64,000 nt of DNA from an uncultured Gammaproteobacteria bacterium (GTDB lineage Bacteria; Patescibacteriota; Microgenomatia; Levybacterales; GWA1-39-11). The DNA lies in assembly GCA_964427615.1 (NCBI GenBank), contig CAYRUR010000004.1:10975-74974 (forward strand), read 5' to 3'. Position numbers and translations under genes: made by a program. The stretch's first letter is position 1. Each line of letters begins with the position of its first letter. The notes below the pieces were generated by a model that was not told the DNA's origin, did not search any database, and was given only the letters and a program-made list of their open reading frames with translations. Shown here in pieces: positions 48,925 to 61,196 of the stretch.

Positions 48925-49406
48925 CAAGCAAAATAGAGCCCCAAAACCACACAATCTTTTCTATCCCATAATAAAAATAGTATCAAAATAGCAGTCATGG
49001 TAACTAAGTGATAATTGAGGGGAATTTTTAAAAAAGATTGATATATCAACGAAAACTGCCGAAAAAATCCACAACCTTTTTACTATAAGGCAGTTTCATA
49101 AAAAGCTCATGATTTTGAGCCTATATCTAGTATGTAATAGTATGAAAGATTTGTCAAGAGGAGTTTGGTTAACGTAATCTATTTAAGACATGATGGCAAA
49201 GTAAAAGTGATATAGAAGTACTCTTTGTTAACTGATTTACTCTTCTTATCTATCCAAAAAAGCAGATAAGTGTATAGAAATTTACATCCTATGTGTGAAA
49301 GGTTTTTCTAGATTGCTATAAAGCAATAAGATTGAAGTATTTAAAAGAGTAATCTAAAAGAAATATGTAAAAGTTATTAAAACATTTCTTAATTTAAAAG
49401 AGTTTA

Positions 49407-51350
49407 CTAAGAAATATCTTTTTTATGTTGATTTTTTATAACAAGGTAAAAGGTAAAACCTATCAGTACGTTTACTATTTCATTTAAGACTGTAATATAC
49501 GAACTAGCAATATATGAATAGTGAGGTATGAAAATATAGTTGAGGAGAGTACTGAGTATAACTTGAAAAGCAAAGAGTAAGACTACGTAAAATGTTTTTT
49601 TAACAATATACAAAATATTGAGATAAATGGTAGAAATAAATAGAAATGGTAGGGAAAAAATGGTGATTTTTAAGACATCTATTCCTTGGAGAAATTCTCC
49701 TTTAAGTACTAACGGAAGCAAGTAAGGAGTTATGAGGTAAGTTATAAGAGTAATGATAATTCCCAATACTGCTACAAATAAGGTGTCTCTTTTTACTTTG
49801 TTGAAAAAGAGTGTTTTATTTGTGTCGTATAGCTTTGAAAGTTTCGGGACAGCTGCGAAGCTATAGGCAGATGCAATAAAAATAAGCGCTTCATAGAACT
49901 TAAATCCTGAAGAGTAAATACCAACAGCACTTTCTGATTGGAGAAATTTTAGCAATAATACATCAATCTTAAAATAGATTCCTGCAAGAAGGCCAATTAT
50001 TACGTACACAAAAGATTGTTTTGCTATTCGTATCCACTCCTTTGTATCTATTTTTAACTTAATATCTTTTATCTCTTTTTTAATAAGATAAAGGTTAACC
50101 AGAGAATATATGTTGTAAGAAGCGAAGGCAACCAGAAAAACAAAGACAAGCTTGGGAGAAAAGAACAAAGCAATGATGGTAAGACTTGTTAATATGAGGT
50201 TAAAAAGTGCTGAAATGACGGATGATCTATATACCTTTTCATTGATGGAAGTGAGTATCAGGTAACTACCGGAAAGAGCGCTGCTCAGCATGGAGAACGA
50301 GGCTAAGAGAATAAGAAAAATGAGTTGAGTATCGTATTTAAAAAGGAATGCTAAAGCAAGAGTTATAAGCAAAACAGCCACACTTAAAAAGAGTCTTAGG
50401 GAAATTAGTGAATTGAGTCTGCCTTTTTTTTCATTGGATAGATTAATGAGGCCATAAGCAGTGGTTCCGAAGTCAAGAAGGGGAGCTAGAATGCCTACAT
50501 GTGCCCATGCCAAGACATATACTCCATAATCATCTATGGAGAGGTAGCGTGCAAGAAAGATAAATAAAATAAAACTCAATGCTTTATTAATTGCAGATGA
50601 TAAATTCAAAATAGAAAAATTAAAAAGAAATGTGCGCTTTTTTAGTAAACTAAAAAGAGTAGTTTTTTCCTCTAAGAGAGTGACTGGTGTTCTTAATAAT
50701 TCACGACTTTTCTGTTGAAAATTGCCATAGCGAAGCAGGAATAGTAATCTGTTCTTAAGTAAATAATACTTTTTGTCCTCGTTTGAGTCAGAAGTTTCAA
50801 AATGCTCAAATATTTGTTCTGAGTCGATACCTACTTTGAAGCCTGCTTGTCTTGCTCTCATACAATAATCAACGTCTTCATAATACATAAAGTAGCTTTC
50901 ATCGAATAATCCTATTTTTTCAACTACTTGCTTTTTAATAACCATGAGAGCTCCTGTTATAAAATCACAGCTTACAAATCTTTTTTGCGTTTTTTTATCA
51001 TTAAGTCCTCCACTCATCCTCCATTTATCAATCTCTCCACCATAATAAGTCTTGCTATTTTGCTTCATGGCAAAATTCCAGATATCGAAGTAATCTGATG
51101 CATCAAAAAAGTGTTTTGAATCTAAAGAGGCAAGAGATATATCAGGATTTGAGACTATAATGTAGTCTGTCTTATCTTGTAAGGCCATTTTAATACCTTC
51201 ATTTACACCTTCTGCATATCCTTTATTCTTTCCAGTGTTGTCAATAAAGTAGACGGTACTTCCTTTTATTAAGTTTTCTGCCTCTTTTCTTAGTCTGTTT
51301 ACTTCTGACTTTGGGGTGTTATAGAGTATGAATATAAATGCGGTTTTCAT
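49407..51350 (-). CDS. Fusion protein: an N-terminal GT2 glycosyltransferase domain joined to a C-terminal ~12-TM polysaccharide flippase/Wzx-like (polysacc_synt) domain
   Basis: N-terminal MKTAFIFILYNT...YFIDNTG...SNPD (GT-A fold) through residue ~250, then a polytopic region with flippase-like helix organisation. Confidence 0.5.
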   Translation of the reverse strand: MKTAFIFILYNTPKSEVNRLRKEAENLIKGSTVYFIDNTGKNKGYAEGVNEGIKMALQDKTDYIIVSNPDISLASLDSKHFFDASDYFDIWNFAMKQNSKTYYGGEIDKWRMSGGLNDKKTQKRFVSCDFITGALMVIKKQVVEKIGLFDESYFMYYEDVDYCMRARQAGFKVGIDSEQIFEHFETSDSNEDKKYYLLKNRLLFLLRYGNFQQKSRELLRTPVTLLEEKTTLFSLLKKRTFLFNFSILNLSSAINKALSFILFIFLARYLSIDDYGVYVLAWAHVGILAPLLDFGTTAYGLINLSNEKKGRLNSLISLRLFLSVAVLLITLALAFLFKYDTQLIFLILLASFSMLSSALSGSYLILTSINEKVYRSSVISALFNLILTSLTIIALFFSPKLVFVFLVAFASYNIYSLVNLYLIKKEIKDIKLKIDTKEWIRIAKQSFVYVIIGLLAGIYFKIDVLLLKFLQSESAVGIYSSGFKFYEALIFIASAYSFAAVPKLSKLYDTNKTLFFNKVKRDTLFVAVLGIIITLITYLITPYLLPLVLKGEFLQGIDVLKITIFSLPFLFISTIYLNILYIVKKTFYVVLLFAFQVILSTLLNYIFIPHYSYIASSYITVLNEIVNVLIGFTFYLVIKNQHKKDIS

Positions 51351-51484
51351 ATAGATTCTTCTTTTTATAGCTTTGACAATTATATAACAAAATTATGGCA
51401 TTAGTTTTTATTTAGGTAGAAATAGAATATAATATTTGGGTATCCTTTTTAAAAGAAAAGGATAAATAAATCTAAAGCAATAAA

Positions 51485-52087
51485 ATGAGAAAGATCTATT
51501 CGCGAGTGCCAACATTATACAGTCTTCTTACCTCTAACTCAGTTTATAAATACAGATTTAACTTTTTAGGAGCTGATAGCTTTATTCATAACACAGTCCA
51601 AATACATAACCCATCTCAATTAACAATTAAAAACAGTGTTACTATACAAAGAGATAGTTGGATAAATAGTATTAAGGGAGATAATAATGAGTATGGAGAA
51701 ATAATTCTTGGGAATGAAGCTAATCTTGGAAGAAGATGTACTTTATCTGCGGCTAGAAAAATAGAAGTAGGAGATAATGTATTGTTTGGAATGAATGTTT
51801 ATATCGCAGACCATGAGCATGAGTATAAGGACATCAATGTTCCTATTATGTATCAAGATATTAAAATTGGAAGAGGAATAGAAATAAAGAAAAACTCTTG
51901 GATTGGAGCAAATGTTGTTATAACATCTTCAAAACAGAAAATAGAAATTGGAGAACACTGTGTGATAGGGGCAAACTCTGTGGTAAAAGAAAGCATTCCG
52001 GCTTATTCTATGGCTGTCGGATCTCCTGCAAAAATAATCTTACAATATAATTTCAAAAGAGAAAAATGGGAAAAAATATCAAAATAG
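51485..52087 (+). CDS. Hexapeptide-repeat acetyltransferase (maltose/galactoside O-acetyltransferase-like)
   Basis: GANVVITSSKQKIEIGEHCVIGANSVVKESIPAYSMAVGSPAKII. Confidence 0.6.
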   Translation: MRKIYSRVPTLYSLLTSNSVYKYRFNFLGADSFIHNTVQIHNPSQLTIKNSVTIQRDSWINSIKGDNNEYGEIILGNEANLGRRCTLSAARKIEVGDNVLFGMNVYIADHEHEYKDINVPIMYQDIKIGRGIEIKKNSWIGANVVITSSKQKIEIGEHCVIGANSVVKESIPAYSMAVGSPAKIILQYNFKREKWEKISK

Positions 52088-53175
52088 GAGTTGATGCAGG
52101 GTGTTTGGGAGTAGAAGATGAGCGTTTAAAGGCTGGTGTTTATCAAGTAGCACTGAATCTTTTAAAAGAACTTGGGAAATTAGATAAGGAAAATATTTAC
52201 TATTTATATAGTTTTTACCCTATTCCTAAAACTATACTTAGATCATTTGGACCAAATTTTAGAAATGTTGTAGTAAAGCCACAAAAGGGATGGAGTAAAG
52301 TGTGGCTACCTCTAAGAATGGTGAAAGATAAGCCTTCTCTCTTTTTAGCTCTTAATCAAGCTATGCCATTCATAAATTTTATACCAACAATTGGATTTGT
52401 TCATGGTCTTAATTTTGATGAAGAAAGTTATCTAGATAAAGGGGTGAGAGAAAGGTTAAATAGAGAGACAAAAAATCTAATCACTCATGCTCGTAAGATA
52501 GTAACTGTTTCTCATTATTTAAAAGAACAGATAGCATTACAGTATTCAAGAAGTGATGTAGAAGTAGCATATCCAGGGATAGGCACTTCATTTACTCCAA
52601 AAGGGAAAAAAATGGTATTTGAAGACCCTTATTTTTTGTTTGTAGGGTCCTTTAAAAGATCAAAGAATATTCCAATTATGCTTAAGGGTTTTTCACATTT
52701 TTTAAAAAAATTACAGCGTAATTATAAAATGGTGTTAATTGGAAGCGATTATTGGCTAGAAAAAGACATTGAGGAAGCAATGAGTAATCCGGATATTAAA
52801 AAAAATATATTAATACTAAAAAATATACCTCATGATGAGTTGTCAAAATATTATAGAGGTGCAGAAGCTTTTGTGTCTGTGAGCACAAGAGAAGGGTTTG
52901 GGTTGCCATTTGCGGAGGCGATGGGGTGTGGGTGTCCAGTAATAGGTTCAACAGTTGATGCAATTCCTGAGATTGTCCAAGATGCAGGAATATTAGTAAA
53001 GCCCACAGATAACGACGCTTTGACGAAAGCAATGATAGATATCTCCACTAACAGTACATTAAGGAAAAAATTGATAGATAGAGGCGTTAAAAGATCAAAA
53101 AATTATAATTGGGAAAAATTTGGGAGATCTATCTACACATTAATTGAGTCTTTATCTAAAAATAAGCATGTATAA
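52066..53175 (+). CDS. Glycosyltransferase family 1 (GT4)
   Basis: C-terminal STREGFGLPFAEAMGCGCPVIGS. Confidence 0.65.
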   Translation: MGKNIKIGVDAGCLGVEDERLKAGVYQVALNLLKELGKLDKENIYYLYSFYPIPKTILRSFGPNFRNVVVKPQKGWSKVWLPLRMVKDKPSLFLALNQAMPFINFIPTIGFVHGLNFDEESYLDKGVRERLNRETKNLITHARKIVTVSHYLKEQIALQYSRSDVEVAYPGIGTSFTPKGKKMVFEDPYFLFVGSFKRSKNIPIMLKGFSHFLKKLQRNYKMVLIGSDYWLEKDIEEAMSNPDIKKNILILKNIPHDELSKYYRGAEAFVSVSTREGFGLPFAEAMGCGCPVIGSTVDAIPEIVQDAGILVKPTDNDALTKAMIDISTNSTLRKKLIDRGVKRSKNYNWEKFGRSIYTLIESLSKNKHV

Positions 53176-54010
53176 TATTTTTCTTATCATTATTCACTAT
53201 GGAAATCTTGCGATAACCCAACGGTGTGTAGAGAGCGTTAGAAAAAATCTTTCTTATAAAAAGATTGTGATAGTAAATAACGATTCTCAAGTGAAGTTGT
53301 CGAGTAATGTTTTTGAAGATAAAAAGGTAATTGTCATTAACAATGAAAAGAATGTGGGATTTGCTGCAGGGGTGAATATAGGTATTAAAAAAGCACTTTC
53401 TCAAGGGGCAGAGTATGTCTTGCTTCTTAATAACGATACTATTACTCATTCTAATTTTATTCAGCCTTTAGTTTCATTCCTTGAGAAGAATAAGGATTTT
53501 GGAATAGCTGGACCAGTCATTGAGTTCTCAAAAAATGGAAAAAAGCTATTTGATTTAGGTGGAAAAGTAGATTTTTTGAAAGGCAGAACATCACATCATA
53601 ATGTTAGGGCGATACATAAAAAAGATCCTTTTGAGGTAGATTATGTTTCAGGGTGTTGCATGCTTATAAAAAGAGAGGTTTTTGAGAAAGTTGGATATTT
53701 TGATGAACACTATTTTCTCTATTATGAAGACGCAGACTTTTGTATCAGAGCAAAAGAAAAAGAGTATGGAGTAGCAGTGGTGCCACGGGCTCTTATTTTT
53801 CATCAATTGAGTGAATCTGGAGGAACAGCTTCTCCTACTACTTTCTATAATCTAATAAAAAGTTCTACTATTTTTGGCAGGAAATTTGCAAAAAGTAAAT
53901 TTTTAAATATCGGCTGCATTTTACTTCAGAATCTTATATTTATTGTAAAAAAGCCAAGTGCCGGAACATATGCAAGTAAAGGATTACTGTGTTACTTAAA
54001 GCCTGTATAA
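53168..54010 (+). CDS. Glycosyltransferase family 2
   Basis: IVIVNNDSQ... and LLNNDT. The ATG at 53168 overlaps the upstream stop (ATGTATAA); the tool ORF opens at a TTG at 53144. Confidence 0.65.
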   Translation: MYNIFLIIIHYGNLAITQRCVESVRKNLSYKKIVIVNNDSQVKLSSNVFEDKKVIVINNEKNVGFAAGVNIGIKKALSQGAEYVLLLNNDTITHSNFIQPLVSFLEKNKDFGIAGPVIEFSKNGKKLFDLGGKVDFLKGRTSHHNVRAIHKKDPFEVDYVSGCCMLIKREVFEKVGYFDEHYFLYYEDADFCIRAKEKEYGVAVVPRALIFHQLSESGGTASPTTFYNLIKSSTIFGRKFAKSKFLNIGCILLQNLIFIVKKPSAGTYASKGLLCYLKPV

Positions 54011-54017
54011 TAGAGAT

Positions 54018-54779
54018 ATGCTAAGTGGTATTGTACTTGTCAAAAATGAGGAAAAGAACATTGTAGATTGTCTTGAATCTATTGATTTCTGCGATGAAAT
54101 AGTTGTAGTAGATGACTATTCTGAAGATAGAACAGTAGATTTGATAAAGCAATTGAAAAATCCGAAGATTACAATAGTGCAAAGAAAATTAGATGGTGAT
54201 TTTGCGGCTCAGAGAAATTTTGCTCTATCAAAAGCAAAGGGTGATTGGGTGTTTTTCGTGGATGCAGATGAAAGAGTCTCTCCTGAACTTAAAAAAGAAA
54301 TACTGCAGGTAGTACAAAGTGAAAGTATTGATGGGTATTTCTTAAAGAGAAAAGATGTTATGTGGGGGAAAGCATTACAATACGGTGAAACGGCTGATGT
54401 AAAGCTCCTAAGACTTGCACGCAAAGGAAAAGCAACCTGGAAAGGCAAAGTGCATGAGCGTTGGGAAGTAAAAGGTAAAACAGCTTTATTATTACATCCC
54501 TTAGATCATTTTCCTCACGTAAGTCTTCATAACTTTATCCAAGAAATTGATACCTATACTACATTACGGGCAAAAGAGTTATATGATCAAGGGGTAAGGA
54601 CAAATTGGTTTTTTATTATTGCATATCCAAAAGCAAAATTTATCCTTAATTATTTTTTCAAACAAGGTTTTCGAGATGGAACAGCAGGTTTTATGCTAGC
54701 AATGATGATGAGTCTTCACTCTTTTCTTGTAAGAGGAAAACTATGGCTTTTGTGGAATGAGAAGAGTATAAAAAAGTAA
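54018..54779 (+). CDS. Glycosyltransferase family 2 (small, ~250 aa, LPS-core/KdtX-like)
   Basis: IVLVKNEEKNIVDCLESI...VVVDDYSEDRT...FVDADE. Confidence 0.65.
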   Translation: MLSGIVLVKNEEKNIVDCLESIDFCDEIVVVDDYSEDRTVDLIKQLKNPKITIVQRKLDGDFAAQRNFALSKAKGDWVFFVDADERVSPELKKEILQVVQSESIDGYFLKRKDVMWGKALQYGETADVKLLRLARKGKATWKGKVHERWEVKGKTALLLHPLDHFPHVSLHNFIQEIDTYTTLRAKELYDQGVRTNWFFIIAYPKAKFILNYFFKQGFRDGTAGFMLAMMMSLHSFLVRGKLWLLWNEKSIKK

Positions 54780-54818
54780 TAATTCTTCTTAATATATGTC
54801 TTTTCCACATTATTTTTT

Positions 54819-56363
54819 ATGCTCACTATGAAAGTTGTAGCTCAATTTATAGTACAACATAAGCTGTTGTTTCTTGCTTTCTTATATTTTTCTTTTCGTC
54901 TTCCTTATTTGACGTTACTTCCTATTTTTAATGACGAGGCAATTTATCTTGATTGGGGTATGCGGGAGATCTCTGTTCCAGGATTTTTATTCTATTCTCT
55001 GTATGATGCTAAACAGCCGTTGTTGATGTGGATTTTTGGGATTTGCCAAAAACTCTTTACGGATCCTTTATTTGCTGGTAGGTTTGTCTCAGTATGTTCA
55101 GGGTTTATTACCATGTTAGGAATATATAAAGTGACAAAACTGGCTATGGATGAAAAAGCTGGTGTTGTTGCTTCAATACTCTATATTTGTGTTCCTATCT
55201 TCTCATTCTATGATAGACAAGCACTGATGGAAAGTTCTGTTGCTGCAGTAGGAGTGTGGACTGTGTATTATCTTTTGCAGTTTATTGAAAAGCAAATTCC
55301 AAAATATGCAGTAATGGTAGGAGTGATACTGGGAATAGGTTTCTTTATAAAATCATCCGTACTGGTGTTTCTTATAACAACCATCATAGTACTTACATTG
55401 TATGCAGTAAGAGAAAAACAAGGGAAGAAAGTAATAAAAAACGGAGGAATAATGCTTGGGAGTTTCATAGTCGTGAATAGCTTGCTTTTTATCCAACCTT
55501 TGTTTTGGAAGACGCTTTCATCTAATACACGATATTCCCTGTCTTTAAGTGAAATACTTCATTTTCCAATAGAAAAGTGGTTGTACAATTTTTCTTCTAA
55601 CTTAGAAATTGCAGTTTTATTCTTGTCTCCACTTGTATTTATAAGTGCGATATTCGGTGTCTTCTTACTATTAAGACAAAGAAAAGAGCAAAAACTCCAA
55701 TTTGTCTTGCAGTTTTTTACTGTTTCTATTCTTCTTTTGCTACTTACCCAGCGAAATCCCTTGCAGCGGTACCTTGTATCATTTCTGCCTCCATTTTTAA
55801 TTATGGCTTCATTTTGCCTTATAGTTTTGATGAATAAGTATAAAAGAACTTTTCTATCAATTGGACTAGTAAGTGTTGTTGTTATACAAGCAGCAATTAT
55901 TACAGGGGTGCAGATAATAAGCCCTATCACTTATTTCACAACGCTTTCTCGCGTAACGAACTTTTCTGATAAAGAAACGTATATAACTGGATGGACGTCA
56001 GGATATGCGGTTATGGAAGCGATATCATTTATACGACAGCAACCAAGTGAGGCAAAGAAATTTGTTGGTTTTGCCTTAAATACAGGAAATCCTGAAAGCG
56101 CACTGCTGGTTTATTTTCGCAAAAGTAATGCAATCGGAGCTGGTTATTTAGACAGAAAGTTATTTGAACAGGATCTGACTGCATTTGATTGTATTGCTTC
56201 TTCGTCACAGATTTATTTTGTAAGCAGAGAAGAACAACTTGCAGGGCTTGATTCTTTTCTTCATAAGATAAAAACAATTTATAACCCTCATGGAGATAAT
56301 ACAGTTGGTATTTATACTCTAAAACCAGATTGTGAAGGAAAAACGTTAACACTTAATCCTTAA
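54819..56363 (+). CDS. Polytopic membrane glycosyltransferase, GT-C fold (ArnT/PMT-like)
   Basis: First-loop acidic motif LLPIFNDEAIYLDWG and about 12 TM helices. Confidence 0.45.
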   Translation: MLTMKVVAQFIVQHKLLFLAFLYFSFRLPYLTLLPIFNDEAIYLDWGMREISVPGFLFYSLYDAKQPLLMWIFGICQKLFTDPLFAGRFVSVCSGFITMLGIYKVTKLAMDEKAGVVASILYICVPIFSFYDRQALMESSVAAVGVWTVYYLLQFIEKQIPKYAVMVGVILGIGFFIKSSVLVFLITTIIVLTLYAVREKQGKKVIKNGGIMLGSFIVVNSLLFIQPLFWKTLSSNTRYSLSLSEILHFPIEKWLYNFSSNLEIAVLFLSPLVFISAIFGVFLLLRQRKEQKLQFVLQFFTVSILLLLLTQRNPLQRYLVSFLPPFLIMASFCLIVLMNKYKRTFLSIGLVSVVVIQAAIITGVQIISPITYFTTLSRVTNFSDKETYITGWTSGYAVMEAISFIRQQPSEAKKFVGFALNTGNPESALLVYFRKSNAIGAGYLDRKLFEQDLTAFDCIASSSQIYFVSREEQLAGLDSFLHKIKTIYNPHGDNTVGIYTLKPDCEGKTLTLNP

Positions 56364-56509
56364 TCTGTATTTAATTAAGCATTCCTGTTTTCTATTTCTC
56401 AAAGGTTTTAAGCTTAAAAGGTGCATCTTTTCTTAAACCATTTTAAGGATGTATATTACTCTATGAAAACAAAAAAACACATGTTAAGCTATATGGTAAA
56501 GGGAAAAGT

Positions 56510-57730
56510 ATGAATGTATTAAAATTACTCCTTGTCTTTTTATTAATAACATTTCCCACAGGTGTGCTTCTTCGTTTTGAAGTGGGTCCATCTGCGTATG
56601 TGTATCCTACAGACATAGTACTGGCACTTCTTTTCTCTTACTCAGTATATCTCTATGCACTTGATTATAAAAAAATAGAAAAACTTCCCTTTCTAAAACC
56701 GTTTCTTTTTTTTGTTGGGGCAAGTTTATTGTCACTGGTGTTCAGCATTTTTATTTTTCAAATACAGGAAGTAATCATTGGATCCCTTTATCTTGCCCGA
56801 TTTTTGCTTTACGCAAATCTGTTATTCGTATTCTGCTTTGTAGATAAAAAATTTGTCTCAAAGTACCTGCAATATGCAGGAATTGCAGGATTTGCTGTGG
56901 TGTTGCTTGGATTTATGCAATATTTTTTCTATCCTGACCTGCGAAATCTTTTTTATCTAGGATGGGATGAGCATTTATATAGACTATTTTCAACTTTTTT
57001 AGATCCTAATTTTGCTGGTTCTTTTTTTGTTCTTGAGTTGCTTCTTGCAGCCTATTTATTCAAAAACGAGCAAACATACAATCGGAGAAAGAAATTCTGG
57101 CTAATAGTAAGTATATTGACGTTTATCGCATTGTTTTTGACTTATTCTCGCAGTGCCTACATCATATTTCTCATTTCTTTTGGATTAGTTTTTCTGTTGT
57201 TAAGACAGAAAAAAATAATGATAACTATGTTCGTCATTTTTGTGCTAGGTATTTTGTTGTTACCCAAAGGTTTGGAGGGTGAAGGGGTTAAATTATTGCG
57301 CACGAAGTCAATCATGGACAGGCTAGAAGCTGATGCAAAAGCTGTACAGGTGATTGAAAAACATCCTTTTTTCGGAGTAGGTTTTAATAATTATCGCTAT
57401 GCTCAAAAGAAGTATGGTTTTTTGGATAAAAACTGGCAACACATTCACTCTGGAGCGGGTGTGCCCAACACTTATCTTTTTGTTTTGGCTACTACAGGAG
57501 TAGTGGGATTTTCTTTTTATCTATATTTTCTTTTTTCGCTTATAAAGGAGCCTATCAAAAGGGTTATGAAGAAAAAAGAGGCTGATAGTGCAGTGTTAGT
57601 GATTGCGTCTACAGGAGGTCTACTCATAGGCTCACTTTTTGATAATTTCCTATTTTATAGTTCTCTTATGGTTTGGCTTTTTATACTAGTAGGCTGCTAT
57701 TATCGAAAAGAAGAAAATAGGCGGAAGTAA
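56510..57730 (+). CDS. O-antigen ligase / Wzy_C-family membrane protein
   Basis: LTYSRSAYIIFLISFGLVFLLL motif, a periplasmic loop, and about 10 TM helices. Confidence 0.55.
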   Translation: MNVLKLLLVFLLITFPTGVLLRFEVGPSAYVYPTDIVLALLFSYSVYLYALDYKKIEKLPFLKPFLFFVGASLLSLVFSIFIFQIQEVIIGSLYLARFLLYANLLFVFCFVDKKFVSKYLQYAGIAGFAVVLLGFMQYFFYPDLRNLFYLGWDEHLYRLFSTFLDPNFAGSFFVLELLLAAYLFKNEQTYNRRKKFWLIVSILTFIALFLTYSRSAYIIFLISFGLVFLLLRQKKIMITMFVIFVLGILLLPKGLEGEGVKLLRTKSIMDRLEADAKAVQVIEKHPFFGVGFNNYRYAQKKYGFLDKNWQHIHSGAGVPNTYLFVLATTGVVGFSFYLYFLFSLIKEPIKRVMKKKEADSAVLVIASTGGLLIGSLFDNFLFYSSLMVWLFILVGCYYRKEENRRK

Positions 57731-57755
57731 ACTTAGATTAAGGATTAAACTCCGG

Positions 57756-58478
57756 TTATGGAGTGAATTTTACGGTTAGTTCTTTGGTTGTTTTATCTCC
57801 TGCCGGGTTTTGTGCTTCAATAGTGATTTTGTTATCTCCTTCATTGAGACGAAGGTAATAGGAAAAGCTGCCATCATTTTTAACAATAGCTCGAAAACTA
57901 TTAACAGTAACGGTGTTATCAGGGTCTGTTGTTCCTTCTATAGTAATTTGTTGATCTCCTTTTGCAAATTCTTGTGCATCGGATGGAAAAGAGACTTCCA
58001 GCTTTGGTGCATCTTTTACTGAAAGAATAGTGTACTCTTTGCTAAACTCACTTTTATTAGTATCATTTTTGACGAGAGCTTTAATAGAGTTGGATCCTTC
58101 TGTAAGAGGGACATTTTTAGCTTCAAAAGTACCATTATCAATGGATACTTCTTTTGCTAATTTGTTGTTAACATACATTTGTACAACGCCTGTGGTATCG
58201 TGAGTAGTGCCAGTGAGGGTGACACTTGTTTCTTTTGTTGCTTTTGGTATTTCATCAAAAACAGGCGGAAGTAAAAGTGTTTGTTCTGTGAGAGTGTTTT
58301 CCTGAGCTGCAGGTTTTTTGAGAGATGTGGCTACGCTACCCACGCCTTGAATAACATAAATGCCAAATTTGAAAATGAGTATTAAAACAACAACGATTCC
58401 AAGAGCACTCAAAATGATCTGCTTTTTGAGTTGTTGATCTTGTTTGCGTGATCTTCTGCTAGAAGCTTGTGGATTCAT
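57756..58478 (-). CDS. Hypothetical membrane-anchored protein with two Ig-like (Big-like) repeats
   Basis: N-terminal TM helix ALGIVVVLILIF. Repeats VTLTGTTHDTTGVVQMYVNN and ITIEGTTDPDNTVTVNS. Confidence 0.35.
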   Translation of the reverse strand: MNPQASSRRSRKQDQQLKKQIILSALGIVVVLILIFKFGIYVIQGVGSVATSLKKPAAQENTLTEQTLLLPPVFDEIPKATKETSVTLTGTTHDTTGVVQMYVNNKLAKEVSIDNGTFEAKNVPLTEGSNSIKALVKNDTNKSEFSKEYTILSVKDAPKLEVSFPSDAQEFAKGDQQITIEGTTDPDNTVTVNSFRAIVKNDGSFSYYLRLNEGDNKITIEAQNPAGDKTTKELTVKFTP

Positions 58479-58481
58479 ACG

Positions 58482-58925
58482 TTATGAACGCTGTCTTTTT
58501 CTGTATTTTTCACCTATTTTGAGTTCCAGTAATGACTTTTGTAGTTCTTTCTCAGCCATAATAAAGTCAATAGTATTTCTTTTCTCTTTCATGACTTCCT
58601 CAGCTCTTTTTTTAGCTTCTTCTGCTTTGGCTATTTCAATGGATTCAGAGCGTACTGCATAATCAGTGATAATGGAAACCTTATCGTTTTTTACCTCTAC
58701 ATATCCTCCGATGATAGCAAGAGACGTTTCTTTATTCTGGTGCAAAATGATTGCTTCTCCTTCTTTTAGTTTTGCAAAAAGGGGTTCATGATGTGCAAGA
58801 ATAGTAATTTCACCTTGTACGGTAGGAAGCACCACTTGTTTGACATCTGCCTTAAAGATAATGCCTCCAGGAGATACTACTTCGAGAGAAAAAAGGTTAT
58901 GTTCTGCATTTTGTGGTGAAGCCAT
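58482..58925 (-). CDS. atpC: F1Fo ATP synthase subunit epsilon
   Basis: LEVVSPGGIIFKADVKQVVLPTVQGEITILAHHEP. Confidence 0.8.
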   Translation of the reverse strand: MASPQNAEHNLFSLEVVSPGGIIFKADVKQVVLPTVQGEITILAHHEPLFAKLKEGEAIILHQNKETSLAIIGGYVEVKNDKVSIITDYAVRSESIEIAKAEEAKKRAEEVMKEKRNTIDFIMAEKELQKSLLELKIGEKYRKRQRS

Positions 58926-58927
58926 AG

Positions 58928-61188
<2,261 letters not shown>

Positions 61189-61196
61189 GGTGTTAT

